From Vicinamibacteraceae bacterium (GTDB lineage: Bacteria > Planctomycetota > Phycisphaerae > Phycisphaerales > UBA5793), in contig WYBR01000013.1 of the NCBI GenBank assembly GCA_011525805.1, forward strand, positions 64,768 to 128,767: a stretch of 64,000 nucleotides of DNA. Reading direction: 5' to 3'. The notes below the pieces were generated by a model. That model did no database searches and was not told the origin of the DNA. It saw only the letters and a program-made list of their open reading frames with translations. Positions 18,507 to 29,284 of the stretch are shown piece by piece. The translations under genes and the position numbers were made by a program. Position 1 is the stretch's first letter. Every line of letters starts with the position of its first letter.

Positions 18507-18980
18507 ATGGTTACGGCACCGCCGCGTCGCGTTACGCCATTCTCCTGCGCCGTCGTCGCGAACCAGCGCAGCGCCCGACTTTTCGCCATCAAGCATCCGC
18601 ATGAGGCCGACGACATCCGTCTTGAACTCCTCGCCACCCGCGACAACGCCCTTCGGGCGCACGATCGCGGAGGCCGCCCCGCCGGCACCGGCGTGACGGG
18701 AATCTCCTACGCCGACGCCGACCGCGACCGCGACGTCATGCGCGAGCAGTTCGCGGCCGAGGTCGTGCAGTGGCTGGCTGACGAGATGCGCCGCCGGCCG
18801 ACGGACGGAACGCTTCGCCTCATCGCGCCGCCCGAGTTCCTCGGCGCCCTGCGCCGCGCCCTCGTCACCCGGCCGCTGGCGGCGAAGATCACCGAGTGCC
18901 CGACGGACCTCGCAAACCTCTCGGTCGCGCGGCTCGAGCACCATCCGACGATGATCGATCAGTGCCGCACGGCGGGTTAG
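18507..18980 (+). CDS. Host-attachment-protein family (PF10116-like) protein
   Basis: 157 aa. AVVANQRSARLF...L.LIAPPEFLGALRRAL...KI..CPTDLANL resembles the Host_attach family. Assignment is from memory of the family pattern only. Confidence 0.55.
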   Translation: MVTAPPRRVTPFSCAVVANQRSARLFAIKHPHEADDIRLELLATRDNALRAHDRGGRPAGTGVTGISYADADRDRDVMREQFAAEVVQWLADEMRRRPTDGTLRLIAPPEFLGALRRALVTRPLAAKITECPTDLANLSVARLEHHPTMIDQCRTAG

Positions 18981-18983
18981 AGA

Positions 18984-19074
18984 CTGTTTCACAAGGGTGG
19001 GGCGGGCGTCCCGCCCGTCCAAGTCGAACGGGCCAGAGGCCCGTTCCACCACTTCGACGTCAGTTGTGAAGCAG
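18984..19074. terminator. Nested hairpin cluster between convergent genes (candidate bidirectional terminator)
   Basis: The outer stem CTGTTTCACAA / TTGTGAAGCAG (10/11 bp) encloses GGCGGG-cgt-CCCGCC and GAACGGGCC-aga-GGCCCGTTC. It fills the gap between stops at 18980 (+) and 19079 (-). Confidence 0.4.
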
Positions 19075-19078
19075 ATTC

Positions 19079-19774
19079 TTAGCGCCGCGCCATCGTCCAC
19101 GGCGCCGCCAGCAGCGTCAGCGCCGCAACCTGCAGCGCGAATATCACCAGCGCCCGCCACGGCCAGGGGCCGAGCACATCCGCCATCGACGCGCCGGGGC
19201 CGACATAGCCGTAGTACGTCCCCAGCGCGACGTTCACCGGCACGACAAGCGCGAAGTACGCCGCGAGCAGCGCCGTCGCGACCCGCCAGTCGCGCCACGT
19301 CGGGCGAAAGCCCATCACGACCACGAGGTATGCCGCCGATCCGACAATCTGGAGGTGCGTCAGCCAGAAGAAATAGAACTGCAGGTGCGCCGGCCCATCG
19401 GTGAGCACTGGGGTGATGAAGGCGACGAGGCTCAGGCCGATGCCCCAGAAGTAGACGACCGACCAGACCCAGCGCCGCCGCGTGACCATCGCCGCCGCCG
19501 CGAGCACGGCCGTCACATCGCAGATGTGCAGCGGCAGACTGACACGCCAACTGAAGTTCGCCGGGAGAAGCCACCACACAATCACGACGAACTGCGTCGC
19601 GAGCGTGAAGATCGCCCACGCCCGGCGCAGGCGCTGCTCCGCGCCGGATTGCCGATCGCGCCATCGACGACCGAGCAGGCACGCCCCCGCCGCGGCCGAA
19701 AGGCACGCCGCCACTGCAAGCAGGTGCATGGCGGAGCCGCGCTCGAAGGTGTGAAGTTCCACGTGCAGCATCAT
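19079..19774 (-). CDS. YwaF/TIGR02206-like integral membrane protein
   Basis: 231 aa with ~6 TM helices. LPLHICDV...FWGIGLSLVAFITP...FFWLTHLQIV resembles the TIGR02206 family. Confidence 0.6.
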   Translation of the reverse strand: MMLHVELHTFERGSAMHLLAVAACLSAAAGACLLGRRWRDRQSGAEQRLRRAWAIFTLATQFVVIVWWLLPANFSWRVSLPLHICDVTAVLAAAAMVTRRRWVWSVVYFWGIGLSLVAFITPVLTDGPAHLQFYFFWLTHLQIVGSAAYLVVVMGFRPTWRDWRVATALLAAYFALVVPVNVALGTYYGYVGPGASMADVLGPWPWRALVIFALQVAALTLLAAPWTMARR

Positions 19775-19834
19775 CGGCGGAGCACCGCCTCCAGCATTGA
19801 TCGCAAGACTGGCGCGTGCAAGTTTCGGCCTGCG

Positions 19835-20740
19835 TCAATCCCGCCCTTCAAGTTCCTCAATCGTCTTCGGCCAGTCGTCGCGCAGGAGGCGGGAGAGGGA
19901 TCGGTCGGCGAGGATGCGGCCGCCGGTCTGGCAGCGGGCGCAGTAGTTCATTTCGTTCTCGGCGTAGACGATGCGCTGAACCGGCGCCTCGCAACGCGGG
20001 CAGGGCTTGCCGAACCGGCCGTGGACCGCGAAGCCGTCGCGAAATGCCGTCATCTCGCCGCGGCCGGGGAACCGCCGGCCGCCGTCGAACTGCTCGCGCA
20101 GACGCCGCGCCCAGTGCGTGAGTACATCCAGCGATGCGGAATGCAGAGCGCTGATCTGATCATCACTCATCTCTGCCGTTCGGATGAAGGGAGAGAGTTG
20201 CGCGGCGTGGAGGATCTCGTCGGAGTAGGCGTTGCCGACGCCGTCGATGAGGCGCGGGTCGGTCAAGGCCCGCTTGAGGGTGCGATTCTCACTTCGAAAC
20301 CTCTTGATCAGTTCCTGGCGCGAACAGGTGAGCAGGTCGATGCCGCCGCGATTGAGGCGTTGCAGGTCGTCGGCACTGCCCACGGCGGTAAGAGTCGCGC
20401 GATGCTTCGTTCCCGCCTCGGTGAGCATGAGCGTACCGTTCTCGAAGCGGAAGGCGGCCAGGTCGCTGCGACCTGTCGGCCGGACTCTTCCTTCACTCCA
20501 GAGCAGTCGTCCCGCGATCATCAGATGAATCACCAGCGCCGCGCCGGAATCGAAGTGAAGGACGATCCGCTTGCCAAGGCGAGTCGTCCGTGTTAATACG
20601 CATCCCTCGAAGGCGTCGACGGGTGGATCGACGGATCTTAATAGAGACGGTCCGCGAATGATAATATCGTTCAGCCTCCGGCCTTCAACGTGATGTTCGA
20701 GCGCGTCGAGATAGGCGAGAATGTCGGGCAGTTCGGGCAT
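19835..20740 (-). CDS. Fpg/Nei-family DNA glycosylase (formamidopyrimidine-DNA glycosylase-like)
   Basis: Starts MPELPD (catalytic Pro2/Glu3). Has an H2TH segment (LTDPRLIDGVGNAYSDEILHAAQL) and a C-terminal zinc finger CPRCEAPV...YCARCQ. Confidence 0.85.
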   Translation of the reverse strand: MPELPDILAYLDALEHHVEGRRLNDIIIRGPSLLRSVDPPVDAFEGCVLTRTTRLGKRIVLHFDSGAALVIHLMIAGRLLWSEGRVRPTGRSDLAAFRFENGTLMLTEAGTKHRATLTAVGSADDLQRLNRGGIDLLTCSRQELIKRFRSENRTLKRALTDPRLIDGVGNAYSDEILHAAQLSPFIRTAEMSDDQISALHSASLDVLTHWARRLREQFDGGRRFPGRGEMTAFRDGFAVHGRFGKPCPRCEAPVQRIVYAENEMNYCARCQTGGRILADRSLSRLLRDDWPKTIEELEGRD

Positions 20741-20758
20741 GCGCGGGGGCGGGGCGAC

Positions 20759-22018
20759 TCAGTCGGAGAGCCCGGCCGGCTCGACCGCCGTCCGCCCCGC
20801 AGGGCGCTTCGCCGGCGCGGCCGATTTCACCGAACCGCCGCCCAGCAGGTCGAGCATGCGGTTGAGCGCGACGAGCGCCCACTTTCGCGCCTCCGGATGC
20901 ACTTTGATCTGGTTTACCACCTTGCCCTCGGCAAGGTTGTCCAGCGCCCACAGTAGGTGCTGCTGATCGATGCGGTACATCGTGGTGCAAAGGCACTGGC
21001 AGCCGCTGAGCATCTCGACGTGGACGCCGCGCTCCTTCGCCGCCCGCGCCACGCGGTTGACGAGGTGCGTCTCCGTGGCGACGGCCCAGCGGCTGCCTCG
21101 CGGCGCCGCTTCGATCGTCTTGATGATGTACTCCGTTGAGCCGGAGAGGTCGGCGAGATCGACGACCTCCTGGCAGACCTCGGGATGTACGAGCACGGTG
21201 ATGTTGCGGTGCTTGCGGCGCATTTCGGCGACGTGCTCGGGTCGATAGAGCATGTGGACGCTGCAGTGGCCCTTCCAGAGCAGGACCTTCGCGTCGCGGA
21301 TCTGTTGTGCCGTCAGGCCGCCGGACTCCTGCTTCGGATCCCACAGCGCCGTCTGCGGCTTCTTGCCGGACCTCGCCGCATCGACTTCGGTGATGAAGCC
21401 GGCGGCCTTGGCGGTGTTGCGGCCGAGGTGCTGGTCGGGGAGGAAGAGGATCTTGATCTCTTCGCTCTTGCGGCGCGGTTTCTCGCCGCCGGCCAGGGCC
21501 CACTCGAAGACGCGGGCCGCGTTGGAACTGGTGCACACCGCGCCGCCGTGCTTGCCGACGAAGGCCTTGATCGCGGCGCTGCTGTTCATGTAGGTGATGG
21601 GGATGACGCGCGTCGCCGGGCCTTTCGTCTCGTCGAGGGCCTCGTGGATCTCCTCCCACGCCTGGACCATCTGGTCGTAGTCGGCCATGTCCGCCATCGA
21701 GCAGCCGGCGGAGAGATCGGGGAGGATCACGGCCACGTTTTCGGGGGTGAGGATGTCAGCGCTCTCGGCCATGAAGTGAACGCCGCAGAAGACGACGTAC
21801 TGGGCTCCGACCTGCCGGACCTTCTCCGCCGCCAGTTGTGAGAGTTTGAACGAATCGCCGGTGAAGTCGGCGTGCTGAATGACGTCGTCCTGCTGGTAGT
21901 GATGGCCGAGAATGACGAGGCGGTCGCCGAGTTCCGCCCGCCGGGCGCGGATGGCCGCGGTGAGGTCATCGTCGGACATTTCGAGGTACTTCAGAGGCAG
22001 GGCAGGTTGCCAGAGCAT
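20759..22018 (-). CDS. nadA: Quinolinate synthase
   Basis: Track ORF trimmed to the ATG at 22018 (MLWQPALPLKY...), with GAGGA 9 nt upstream. ILGHHYQ...VVFCGVHFMAESADIL and the later conserved Cys and SGST motifs are typical of long-form NadA. Confidence 0.9.
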   Translation of the reverse strand: MLWQPALPLKYLEMSDDDLTAAIRARRAELGDRLVILGHHYQQDDVIQHADFTGDSFKLSQLAAEKVRQVGAQYVVFCGVHFMAESADILTPENVAVILPDLSAGCSMADMADYDQMVQAWEEIHEALDETKGPATRVIPITYMNSSAAIKAFVGKHGGAVCTSSNAARVFEWALAGGEKPRRKSEEIKILFLPDQHLGRNTAKAAGFITEVDAARSGKKPQTALWDPKQESGGLTAQQIRDAKVLLWKGHCSVHMLYRPEHVAEMRRKHRNITVLVHPEVCQEVVDLADLSGSTEYIIKTIEAAPRGSRWAVATETHLVNRVARAAKERGVHVEMLSGCQCLCTTMYRIDQQHLLWALDNLAEGKVVNQIKVHPEARKWALVALNRMLDLLGGGSVKSAAPAKRPAGRTAVEPAGLSD

Positions 22019-22579
22019 GAGTGATCCTCGCTGAATGCGGACTCCCGGGTCCGCTGGGGAATGATACGCGGGGCGGGCGCGTGTCCGGGTAGACGCTTGA
22101 CCCGAATCGCCGGGCGGCATTTCCAGGGCGGCGGGAGGTGCGCGGCTGTGCGGCGGGAGCGGAGGGTGTGAAGATTCGCGGCCGGGCAACCGGCGTGCCG
22201 AGCGGCGTGGCGAACCAGAATCGCGGAAAAGAAAGTGCGCGGCAATGCGCGTGCCACGCGCCGGCGCACCGCGCGCGGGGCGCCTGGCGCGCGCCGAGGC
22301 GCTCAGAGCGGTCCAAAGCGAGCGCGGCTGATCGCGCAGCGGCGCTCATCGGAGAAAGTCGCAAAAGCGCAGAAGCAGATAGACACGTTTTCAGGAATTT
22401 TCGACTTTTTTGCATCGACGAACCGGGGGTGTCCGCGCGTTTTTCTGCGTTTTTGAGAGCCCTCGCACAACGCGCGCCGCGGTTGTGGCGCGCGCGGGCG
22501 CACGGTGCGGAGACGTTGGCGCGAGGGGACTTTCGGGGGGGCGGCATCGGCGCGTCGGGTGCGGGGCGGGCCGGCCGGC

Positions 22580-23785
22580 TCAGCGGGCGGAAGCGGAGGC
22601 GACGGACTGCTCGCGGAGGGCCTGCTCGATGATGGTCGCGGCGGCGTGCTCGGGGCGGAGTCCCTCGTAGAGCGAGGCGATGCGATCAAAGGCAGCGCGC
22701 TGGCGGTCCTGCGCGGCGGCGTCGGTGAGGACTTCGTCGAGGGCGGCGGCGATGGGCTCATCGGAGCGGAGATGCGGAATGAACTCGGGCACGACGCGAT
22801 CGGCGGCGATGATGTTGGGCAGCGCACGATGAGGCGAGCGGATCACCCACCGGCCGACGAGCCACCACGGCAGAGCGCCGGTGCGGAACATGACGACCAT
22901 GGGCACGCGATGGCGAACGACGTTGAGCGTCGCGGTGCCGGAGCAGACGAGGGCCGCATCGGCCCATCGAAGCACGTCGTGAAGTCGATCGACCTCGATG
23001 CGGACGAATCCGGGAAGTGCGGCCATGCTGGCGCGGGCGAGTGAGGCGGCGCTTTCGTCGGCGCTGATGACGACGGCGCTGAGTTGCGGGTAGTTCGCGC
23101 GGCGCAGGCCGTCGACGATGGCGATCATGGACGGGAGATTCCGCGCGATCTCCGCGGGCCGCGAGCCGGGCAGGAGGGCGATTCGCGGCAGGCCGTCGGG
23201 CAGCGCGTCCTCATCTTCTTCACCTTCAGCGGGCGGAGGCACGGCCGCGGGAAGCGGCTCGTTCATCACGGGGTGTCCGATGAAGGTGGCGGGTACGCCG
23301 CGGCTCCTGAAGTAGCCTTCTTCAAACGGGAGCAGGCAGAGGACGTGATCGGTGAAGCGACGGAGTTTGCCGATGCGCCACGGCCCCCAGGCCCAGACCT
23401 GCGGGGCGACGAGGTGGATGATGCGGCAGCCGGCGCGGCGGGTGAGTTTGCAGATCGGGAAGTTGGCGGCGGGCGAATCAACGGGGACATGGACCGCGAC
23501 GGGATGCTCGGCCAGCCAGCGGCTCAGGCGGCGATTGAGCCGCGCGTGGTCGAGCACCTTGCCCAGCGATCCGGCGCCCATGACGGCGTCGGCGCCGGTC
23601 GGCTCGACGATGACGGCGCCGGCGGCGCGCATCTTCGGTCCGCCCCAGGCGTAGATGGGCGCATCGGGCCGGCGACGGCGCAATTCGGCGATGACGGGCG
23701 CGGCGTGCGCATCGCCGCTGGGCTCGAAGGCGGTGAAGAGGATGGACGCCCGGCCGCCGATCGGAGTGTGCTGCGCCTGTGTCAT
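22580..23785 (-). CDS. lpxB: Lipid-A-disaccharide synthase
   Basis: 401 aa. ILFTAFEPSGDAHAAPVIAEL...WGGPKM...VDSPAANF...LLPGSRPAEI match LpxB. Confidence 0.9.
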   Translation of the reverse strand: MTQAQHTPIGGRASILFTAFEPSGDAHAAPVIAELRRRRPDAPIYAWGGPKMRAAGAVIVEPTGADAVMGAGSLGKVLDHARLNRRLSRWLAEHPVAVHVPVDSPAANFPICKLTRRAGCRIIHLVAPQVWAWGPWRIGKLRRFTDHVLCLLPFEEGYFRSRGVPATFIGHPVMNEPLPAAVPPPAEGEEDEDALPDGLPRIALLPGSRPAEIARNLPSMIAIVDGLRRANYPQLSAVVISADESAASLARASMAALPGFVRIEVDRLHDVLRWADAALVCSGTATLNVVRHRVPMVVMFRTGALPWWLVGRWVIRSPHRALPNIIAADRVVPEFIPHLRSDEPIAAALDEVLTDAAAQDRQRAAFDRIASLYEGLRPEHAAATIIEQALREQSVASASAR

Positions 23786-23834
23786 GGTTCTCGACTCGCC
23801 CAGGGGCCAATGGCAGACCGGCGGGCGGCGGAAG

Positions 23835-26800
23835 TCAACTGGCGGCGGCGGGCGAACCGGGGCTCCAGGCGGTCAGGGCGTCGGCGACGCCCTGGGGACT
23901 GACCTCGACGGAAACGGTCTGTTCGGCTTCATCGAGGGCCTCGCGCGAGATGTGGCCGTCGGCGCCGACCTGGTCGAATCGGACGGCGACGCGCTTGGAG
24001 ACGCCGCGCTCCTGCATGGTGACGCCGTACAACTGGTCGGCGGCCTGCATGGTGCGCTTGTTGTGGGTGATGATGACGAAGTGGCTGCGGTCGAGGAAGG
24101 TGTGGAGGACGCCGCAGAACCGCTCGACGTTGGCGTCGTCGAGTGCGGCGTCGACTTCGTCGAGGAGGCAGAAGGGGCTGGGCTTGCTCTGGAAGATGGC
24201 CATGACGAGGGCGACGGAGGTCATGGTCTTTTCGCCGCCGCTGAGGAGTTTGATGGAGCGAGGCTCCTTGCCGGGTGGCTTGGCGACGATGTCGATGCCG
24301 GACTCGAGCCAGTCCACCTCACCGGTCTCCTCGGAGGGGAGCAGGTGCATGTCGGCCTTGCCGCCGCCGAAGACGCGGCGGAACATGCCGCCGGCGCCGG
24401 CGAAGTTCTCACGAATGACCTCGAAGGTTTCGCGGAAGCGCTCGCGGCTGAGGTCGTTGAGTTCTTCGATCAGGCCGATGAGTTGCTCGCGTGCGGCGTC
24501 GAGGTCGGCGACCTGTCGGACGAGGTCTTCGTTGCGGCCGACGAGTTCCTTCTCTTCCTCGATGGCGTCGAGGTTGACGTTGCCGAGGCGCTTGATGGCG
24601 GCGCGGAGTTCTTCGATGCGGGCGGCGGCGGCCTCGCGCTCGACGGGCTGCACGCCGCCGTCGGCGATGATCTCGCGGTACTGGGGATACTCGGCGCGCA
24701 GATCGATGGCGAGGTCGTCGGAGGCGGACTGTTCGAGGTGCTCGCGCTTGACTTCGTTCTCGCGCTTGCTGAGTTCGACGGCGTGGTAGTTGCGTTCGAC
24801 GATGGCGAGGCGCTGCCGCGCGGCGTTGAGTTCCTCGCCGAGTTGGAGGACGCGGGCCTGGCAGTGCTGATGCTCGGCCGCGGCGACTTCGATCTCGCCC
24901 TGCGAGCGATCCAGCGAGGCGGCGCACTCCTCGGCCTCGAAGACGGCTTCGTCGATGACTCGCTCGAAGTCGATGAGGCGGGCGGAGCGCTGGCGGAGGG
25001 CGGCGTCGAGGGCGGCGTGATGGCGCTGCTGCTCCTGAACGGCGGATTCGAGTTCGCGCCGCTCGCGGTCGGAGGCGGCGAGGCGCTCGGCGGCCTGGCT
25101 GGCGTGAACGCGGGCGCCGGTGACGGCCTCGGCGGCCTCGGCGGCGGCGGCTTCGGCGCCGCGGAGTTGGTCGGCGAGGTCGGCCTGGGCGGCGGCCTGC
25201 TCATCGCGGAGGCGTTCGAGCGAGTCCATGCGCGACTGTTTCTGGGCGCGTTCGGCGACGAGTTCGCCGCGGCGCGCCTGCACGGCGTCGCGCTCCTCGT
25301 CGAGGCGCTGGCCGTCGCGGGCGGCGCGCTGCTGCTCGGCGTCGACGCGTTCGACCTCGTGCGTCGCCTTGTCGCGCTGCTGGCGCTGCTCAAAGAGGGC
25401 CTGGGCGAGTTCGGCTCGCTGCTGATCGAGGACCGCGGCCTGATCGTCGAGGGCCTTGAGTTCATCGCGCAGGGACTGGATCTGCGCGGTGAGGGCTTCG
25501 ACCTGGCCGGCGAGGCTGTTCATCTCGACGCGGTGGACAATCAGCCCTGCCCCGGTTCCCTCGGCGGAGTTTGGTCCGGCGATGATGCGGCCGTCGGCCT
25601 CAAGGACGGCGCCGCCGGGGGTGACGAACCGCCATCCGCTCGGCAGCGCCGCTCCGAGGAGGAGGGCGGCGTCGAGCGATTCGACGAGAAGGGTGCGGCC
25701 GAAGAGCCGATCGGCGAGTTCGCGCCACTCGTCGGGCACTCGGACAACGGAGAGCAGCGGCCGCGCGCCGGCCGGGCAGGCGGGAACTTCGGCGGGCGCC
25801 TCGGCGGCCTCTCCGCGCGGCGCGCGCAGCGGCAGGAACGTAATGCGTCCGGTGAGCGAGTCGAGGTCGGCGCGGGCGTCAATGACATCGGCGAGGCTCT
25901 CGACGACCATGGCCTGGAGGAGCGGCCCGAGCGCGGCCTCAACGGCGGCGGCATGGGAGACGTCGGTCTCGATGCCCTCGGCAAGCAGGCCGCGAACGAA
26001 CGCGAAACGCGCGCCTTCGTGGCGTTCGCGGAGGACGTTTCGCACGGCCTCGCCGAGTTCGGTTCCGCTGTCGAGCATCTCGCGGAGGGTGGCGCGGCGT
26101 GCGTCGAGGCCGGCTCGCTGCTGTTCGAGGGAGCCGAGCGTTTCGGTGAGGATGCGCTGGCGGCCGCTGAGTTGGCGCGCCTGATGTTCGTGCTCGGCTC
26201 GAAGCAAGTCGAGACGCTCGATCTGCTGCCCGGCGTCGAGGACTTGCTGCGCGGCGGCGGCGCCCTGCCGTTCGAGCGTGGACAGCCTTGATTCGATCTC
26301 CCGGCGTCGCGACTCAATCCGGCCTGACTCGTCGTCGAGTTCACCGAGACGATGGTCGATGGCGTCGATCGAGGCGGACTGGGAGACGATCTCGCGCTCG
26401 ATTCCGGAGAGGGTTCGCTGGAGTTCTCCGGCGCGACGGGCGAGTTCGTTGAGCGCGGCGTCGGCGGCGGCGCGGCGGGCAAGGGCGGCCTCGACGGCGC
26501 GGTCGGCGTCGGCGCGGAGCGAGGCCTGCGCCTCGTGGGATCGCTCGTGATCGACGACGCGCTGGCGCAGGGCCTCGATGCGGGCGTCGAGTTCGCCGAG
26601 ACGGGCCTGCTCGGCCGTGATCTCGCGGCGCGCCTCGTCGCGGCTGGCGATGGTCATGAGGCGGCGCTGTTCGGCCTGGTCGCGGCGGGCCTGAAGGTGG
26701 AGGCGGTCCTGCTCGATCTCGGTGCAGCGCTTCTGGAGGCGGTCGCGCTCGATGTTGGCGTCCTGCCGCGCTTCTTCGAGTTCGTGGACGCGGTCCATGC

Positions 26801-27593
26801 CGGCGGTGCGGTCGGCCTCGAGGCGGGAGAGTTCGGAGGTGAGGCCGTCGATCGTTTCGTGCAGTTCGTGGTAGTGGTCAAGGAGGGAGGCGGCGCGGAG
26901 GGCGCGCAACTCGTCGTCGAGGCCCCTGAAGGTGCGCGCCTTGGCCGCCTGCCCCTTGACGATGCGCAGTCGGCGCTCGGCGTTGTCGAGTTGCTCGCGG
27001 CAGCGCGTGAGATTGACCTCGGTGCGCTCGAGGCGGCGCATGGCTTCGACGCGGCGGACCTTGAACTTGGCGACGCCCGCGGCCTCTTCGAAGATGGCGC
27101 GGCGCTCGATCGGGTTGCTCGTGAGCATCGCGTCAACCTTGCCCTGCTCGATGATGGAGTAGGCGTCGGCGCCGATGCCGGTGTCGAGAAAGAGGTCGCG
27201 CACGTCCTTGAGCCGGGCCCGGGCGCCGTTGATGAGGTATTCGCTCGTGCCGTCGCGGTAGAGGCGGCGTCCGACGTCGACGAGTTCGCTTTCGACGGGG
27301 AGTTCGCGGCGGCCGGCCGCGGGATCGAGGAGCGGGTTCTCGAAGGTGAGGACGACCTCGGCCATGTTCATGGCGGGCCGGGTGGTGGTTCCGGCGAAGA
27401 TGACGTCGAGCATCTGTTCGCCGCGCAGGCTCTTGGCGGAGCGTTCGCCGAGCACCCACTTGATGGCGTCGACGACGTTGCTTTTTCCGCAGCCGTTGGG
27501 CCCGACGATGCAGGTGATGGGGTCGTCGAAGCGGAACTCGGCCGCGTCGGCGAAGGACTTGAAGCCGTGGAGTTTGAGTCGGGCCAGTCGCAT
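23835..27593 (-). CDS. smc: Chromosome segregation protein SMC
   Basis: Track ORF trimmed to the ATG at 27593 ([16 protein letters not shown]...[20 protein letters not shown], Walker A). Has long coiled coils, a hinge, and a C-terminal [18 protein letters not shown]...[13 protein letters not shown]. Confidence 0.93.
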   Translation of the reverse strand: MRLARLKLHGFKSFADAAEFRFDDPITCIVGPNGCGKSNVVDAIKWVLGERSAKSLRGEQMLDVIFAGTTTRPAMNMAEVVLTFENPLLDPAAGRRELPVESELVDVGRRLYRDGTSEYLINGARARLKDVRDLFLDTGIGADAYSIIEQGKVDAMLTSNPIERRAIFEEAAGVAKFKVRRVEAMRRLERTEVNLTRCREQLDNAERRLRIVKGQAAKARTFRGLDDELRALRAASLLDHYHELHETIDGLTSELSRLEADRTAGMDRVHELEEARQDANIERDRLQKRCTEIEQDRLHLQARRDQAEQRRLMTIASRDEARREITAEQARLGELDARIEALRQRVVDHERSHEAQASLRADADRAVEAALARRAAADAALNELARRAGELQRTLSGIEREIVSQSASIDAIDHRLGELDDESGRIESRRREIESRLSTLERQGAAAAQQVLDAGQQIERLDLLRAEHEHQARQLSGRQRILTETLGSLEQQRAGLDARRATLREMLDSGTELGEAVRNVLRERHEGARFAFVRGLLAEGIETDVSHAAAVEAALGPLLQAMVVESLADVIDARADLDSLTGRITFLPLRAPRGEAAEAPAEVPACPAGARPLLSVVRVPDEWRELADRLFGRTLLVESLDAALLLGAALPSGWRFVTPGGAVLEADGRIIAGPNSAEGTGAGLIVHRVEMNSLAGQVEALTAQIQSLRDELKALDDQAAVLDQQRAELAQALFEQRQQRDKATHEVERVDAEQQRAARDGQRLDEERDAVQARRGELVAERAQKQSRMDSLERLRDEQAAAQADLADQLRGAEAAAAEAAEAVTGARVHASQAAERLAASDRERRELESAVQEQQRHHAALDAALRQRSARLIDFERVIDEAVFEAEECAASLDRSQGEIEVAAAEHQHCQARVLQLGEELNAARQRLAIVERNYHAVELSKRENEVKREHLEQSASDDLAIDLRAEYPQYREIIADGGVQPVEREAAAARIEELRAAIKRLGNVNLDAIEEEKELVGRNEDLVRQVADLDAAREQLIGLIEELNDLSRERFRETFEVIRENFAGAGGMFRRVFGGGKADMHLLPSEETGEVDWLESGIDIVAKPPGKEPRSIKLLSGGEKTMTSVALVMAIFQSKPSPFCLLDEVDAALDDANVERFCGVLHTFLDRSHFVIITHNKRTMQAADQLYGVTMQERGVSKRVAVRFDQVGADGHISREALDEAEQTVSVEVSPQGVADALTAWSPGSPAAAS

Positions 27594-27886
27594 GATTCGG
27601 GCAAGACCTCCATGTCCAACCGTCGGCCGTTCAGGCGTTTGCGGGCCGGGCGGCGCGAGCCCGTGGCGGCGGCCCTCACCGTTCCGGTGCGCGTGGGCGT
27701 CGCCGATCCCTCGACGACGACCCGCGAGTCGGGATTCCCCGTCCCGCAGCATATGGTATCGGCCCGCCGCAGTTCCACAACGCAAAACTCGTTTGTGTCT
27801 CGAAGTCGGTCCAATGGCTTCGTCGGTGGGGCCGGGGGATCGAGCCTTGCGGCGGTCCAAGGGAGATCGTACTCGCCTGTCTGTTC

Positions 27887-27921
27887 GCCGTGCTTCGCTC
27901 AAAGCCGCGAAGCATGGCGCT
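27887..27921. repeat. Solitary hairpin module of the same family as the 44357-45076 array (stem class S4)
   Basis: gCCGTGCTTCGC-tcaaagc-CGCGAAGCATGGcgct matches 44970-45004 (tCCATGCTTCGC-ccagagc-CGCGAAGCATGGcgcc) at 30/35 positions in the same orientation. Lies between the smc start and the DUF1559 gene stop. Confidence 0.7.
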
Positions 27922-27961
27922 GGGCAACGCGTCCTCACCGGAACATCGAGGTGGATGGCGG

Positions 27962-28768
27962 TCAGTCGACGCTGTAGGTCTTCGCCGAGCCGCCGGGATG
28001 CCAGCGGTCGATGGGCTTGTACATCTCGACGGCTTCCTGGCTCGTTTGGAACTGGACATGTCCGTCGACGAAGAAGAAGTTGCCGCCGAAGTAAGCGTGA
28101 TTGTCGCCGGGAAGGAACCCGACGCCGTTGACGACGAAGAAGGGCAGGCGATAGTCAAGGCGGTTGGTTTCGTCGGCGAGCAGGAAGACCTGCGAGGCGC
28201 CTTCGACGTCGGGGCGAAGGCCGGCGACGTAGAGGAAACTGATGTTGTGGAAACTGACGCCCTCGAGGTCCGTGCCGGAGGGATCACTGTCGGTCTTGAG
28301 GAGGCGGTTCTGTGCGGAATCGACGTTGGGCGGGCTGCCGTGCTGGGCGTCGCTGTTGTCCGTCTTGTCGGAGGGGCAATAGAGGGCGCCGCCGTCGCTG
28401 AGGTAGCGGGCGAGGATCGGGGTAGTCGAGCCGTTGGCGTAGCGGCCCTGCGAGGACTCGCGGTTCCACAGGTTGAAGAAGCCGGCAAGGCCGCCGTAAG
28501 CGCTCTGGCCTTCCAGGCGATCGCGGCCTACGGAGACGGGAACCATGGGCCAGCGCTGCCGGTTGTCACCGGCGTAGACAGTCATGGCGAGGCCACACTG
28601 TTTCAGATGAACCTGGCACGCGGCCACGCGGGCCTGGTTCCTGATGCGGCGCAGGGCCGGAAGAAGCAGACCGATCAGCAGCGAAATGATGGAGATCACG
28701 ACGAGCAGTTCGATGAGGGTAAAGCCGAACTGCGCAGTGCGGCGGGATTTCCGGGCGCCACTTCTCAT
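27962..28768 (-). CDS. Prepilin-type N-terminal cleavage/methylation domain protein, DUF1559 / H-X9-DG type
   Basis: Track ORF trimmed to the ATG at 28768 ([39 protein letters not shown]). The C-terminus carries the H-X9-DG-like segment [18 protein letters not shown]. This family is massively expanded in Planctomycetota. Confidence 0.85.
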   Translation of the reverse strand: MRSGARKSRRTAQFGFTLIELLVVISIISLLIGLLLPALRRIRNQARVAACQVHLKQCGLAMTVYAGDNRQRWPMVPVSVGRDRLEGQSAYGGLAGFFNLWNRESSQGRYANGSTTPILARYLSDGGALYCPSDKTDNSDAQHGSPPNVDSAQNRLLKTDSDPSGTDLEGVSFHNISFLYVAGLRPDVEGASQVFLLADETNRLDYRLPFFVVNGVGFLPGDNHAYFGGNFFFVDGHVQFQTSQEAVEMYKPIDRWHPGGSAKTYSVD

Positions 28769-29284
28769 GGAAGGCTCGTCGCGCGACGGGCGGGTCGCCC
28801 CGTCGGGACGGTCCATTCTCTCAAATCGTCCGGGGTTTGTCAAGGGAGAAACCGTTCTTTCGCGGTTGCGCGGTGGCGCAGAGCGGGTCGGCCGCGGGAG
28901 TGCGGCGGAGGCGGACGATGCGGTTTCTGCTGAGGCGGGGATCATGGTTCTTTCCTTCCGACGGTGTGTAAGGCATTGCGGGCGTGAGGCTTGCGTACGG
29001 AGTTGCGATCGCGGGCACTCTCGCACTCACCTCGGGTATCTGCCTGAGAATGCGCCGTCCCTTGCATGATTCCGCAACGGCGCCCCTGCAATGTCTCCCC
29101 CGCGAAGGGTGCTGCGGCAAGGCGGGGGGAGGCGGGGTTTCAGGCCGGGCGAACCTCCCGGCACACGCGCTTGCCCCGCGGGAATGGGAATACGGCGTAC
29201 ACTGCTGCGGCAAAATCGCCCGGAGAGCCGGCCCAGGTCCGGCCGGGCCGGAGCCCGCTCCTTGCGGGTCGGAGGACGGCACTC

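Noticed and set aside
20685-21659. 324-aa minus-strand ORF overlapping nadA in another frame
   Set aside because: Arg/Pro/Gly-rich alternate frame of a strongly supported gene.
22019-22140. NAD+ (nadA-motif) riboswitch in the nadA leader
   Set aside because: I could not find the conserved bulge or stem pattern I recall for that motif, only a short GGAC...GTCC hairpin and the RBS. It needs cmsearch and is not claimed.
23655-26291. 878-aa plus-strand ORF (and 23779..24789, 25456..26184, 26352..27977)
   Set aside because: Antisense or alternate-frame to smc, whose Walker A, hinge and signature motifs are unambiguous. The translations are low-complexity Gly/Ala/Glu/Leu repeats mirroring the coiled-coil codons.
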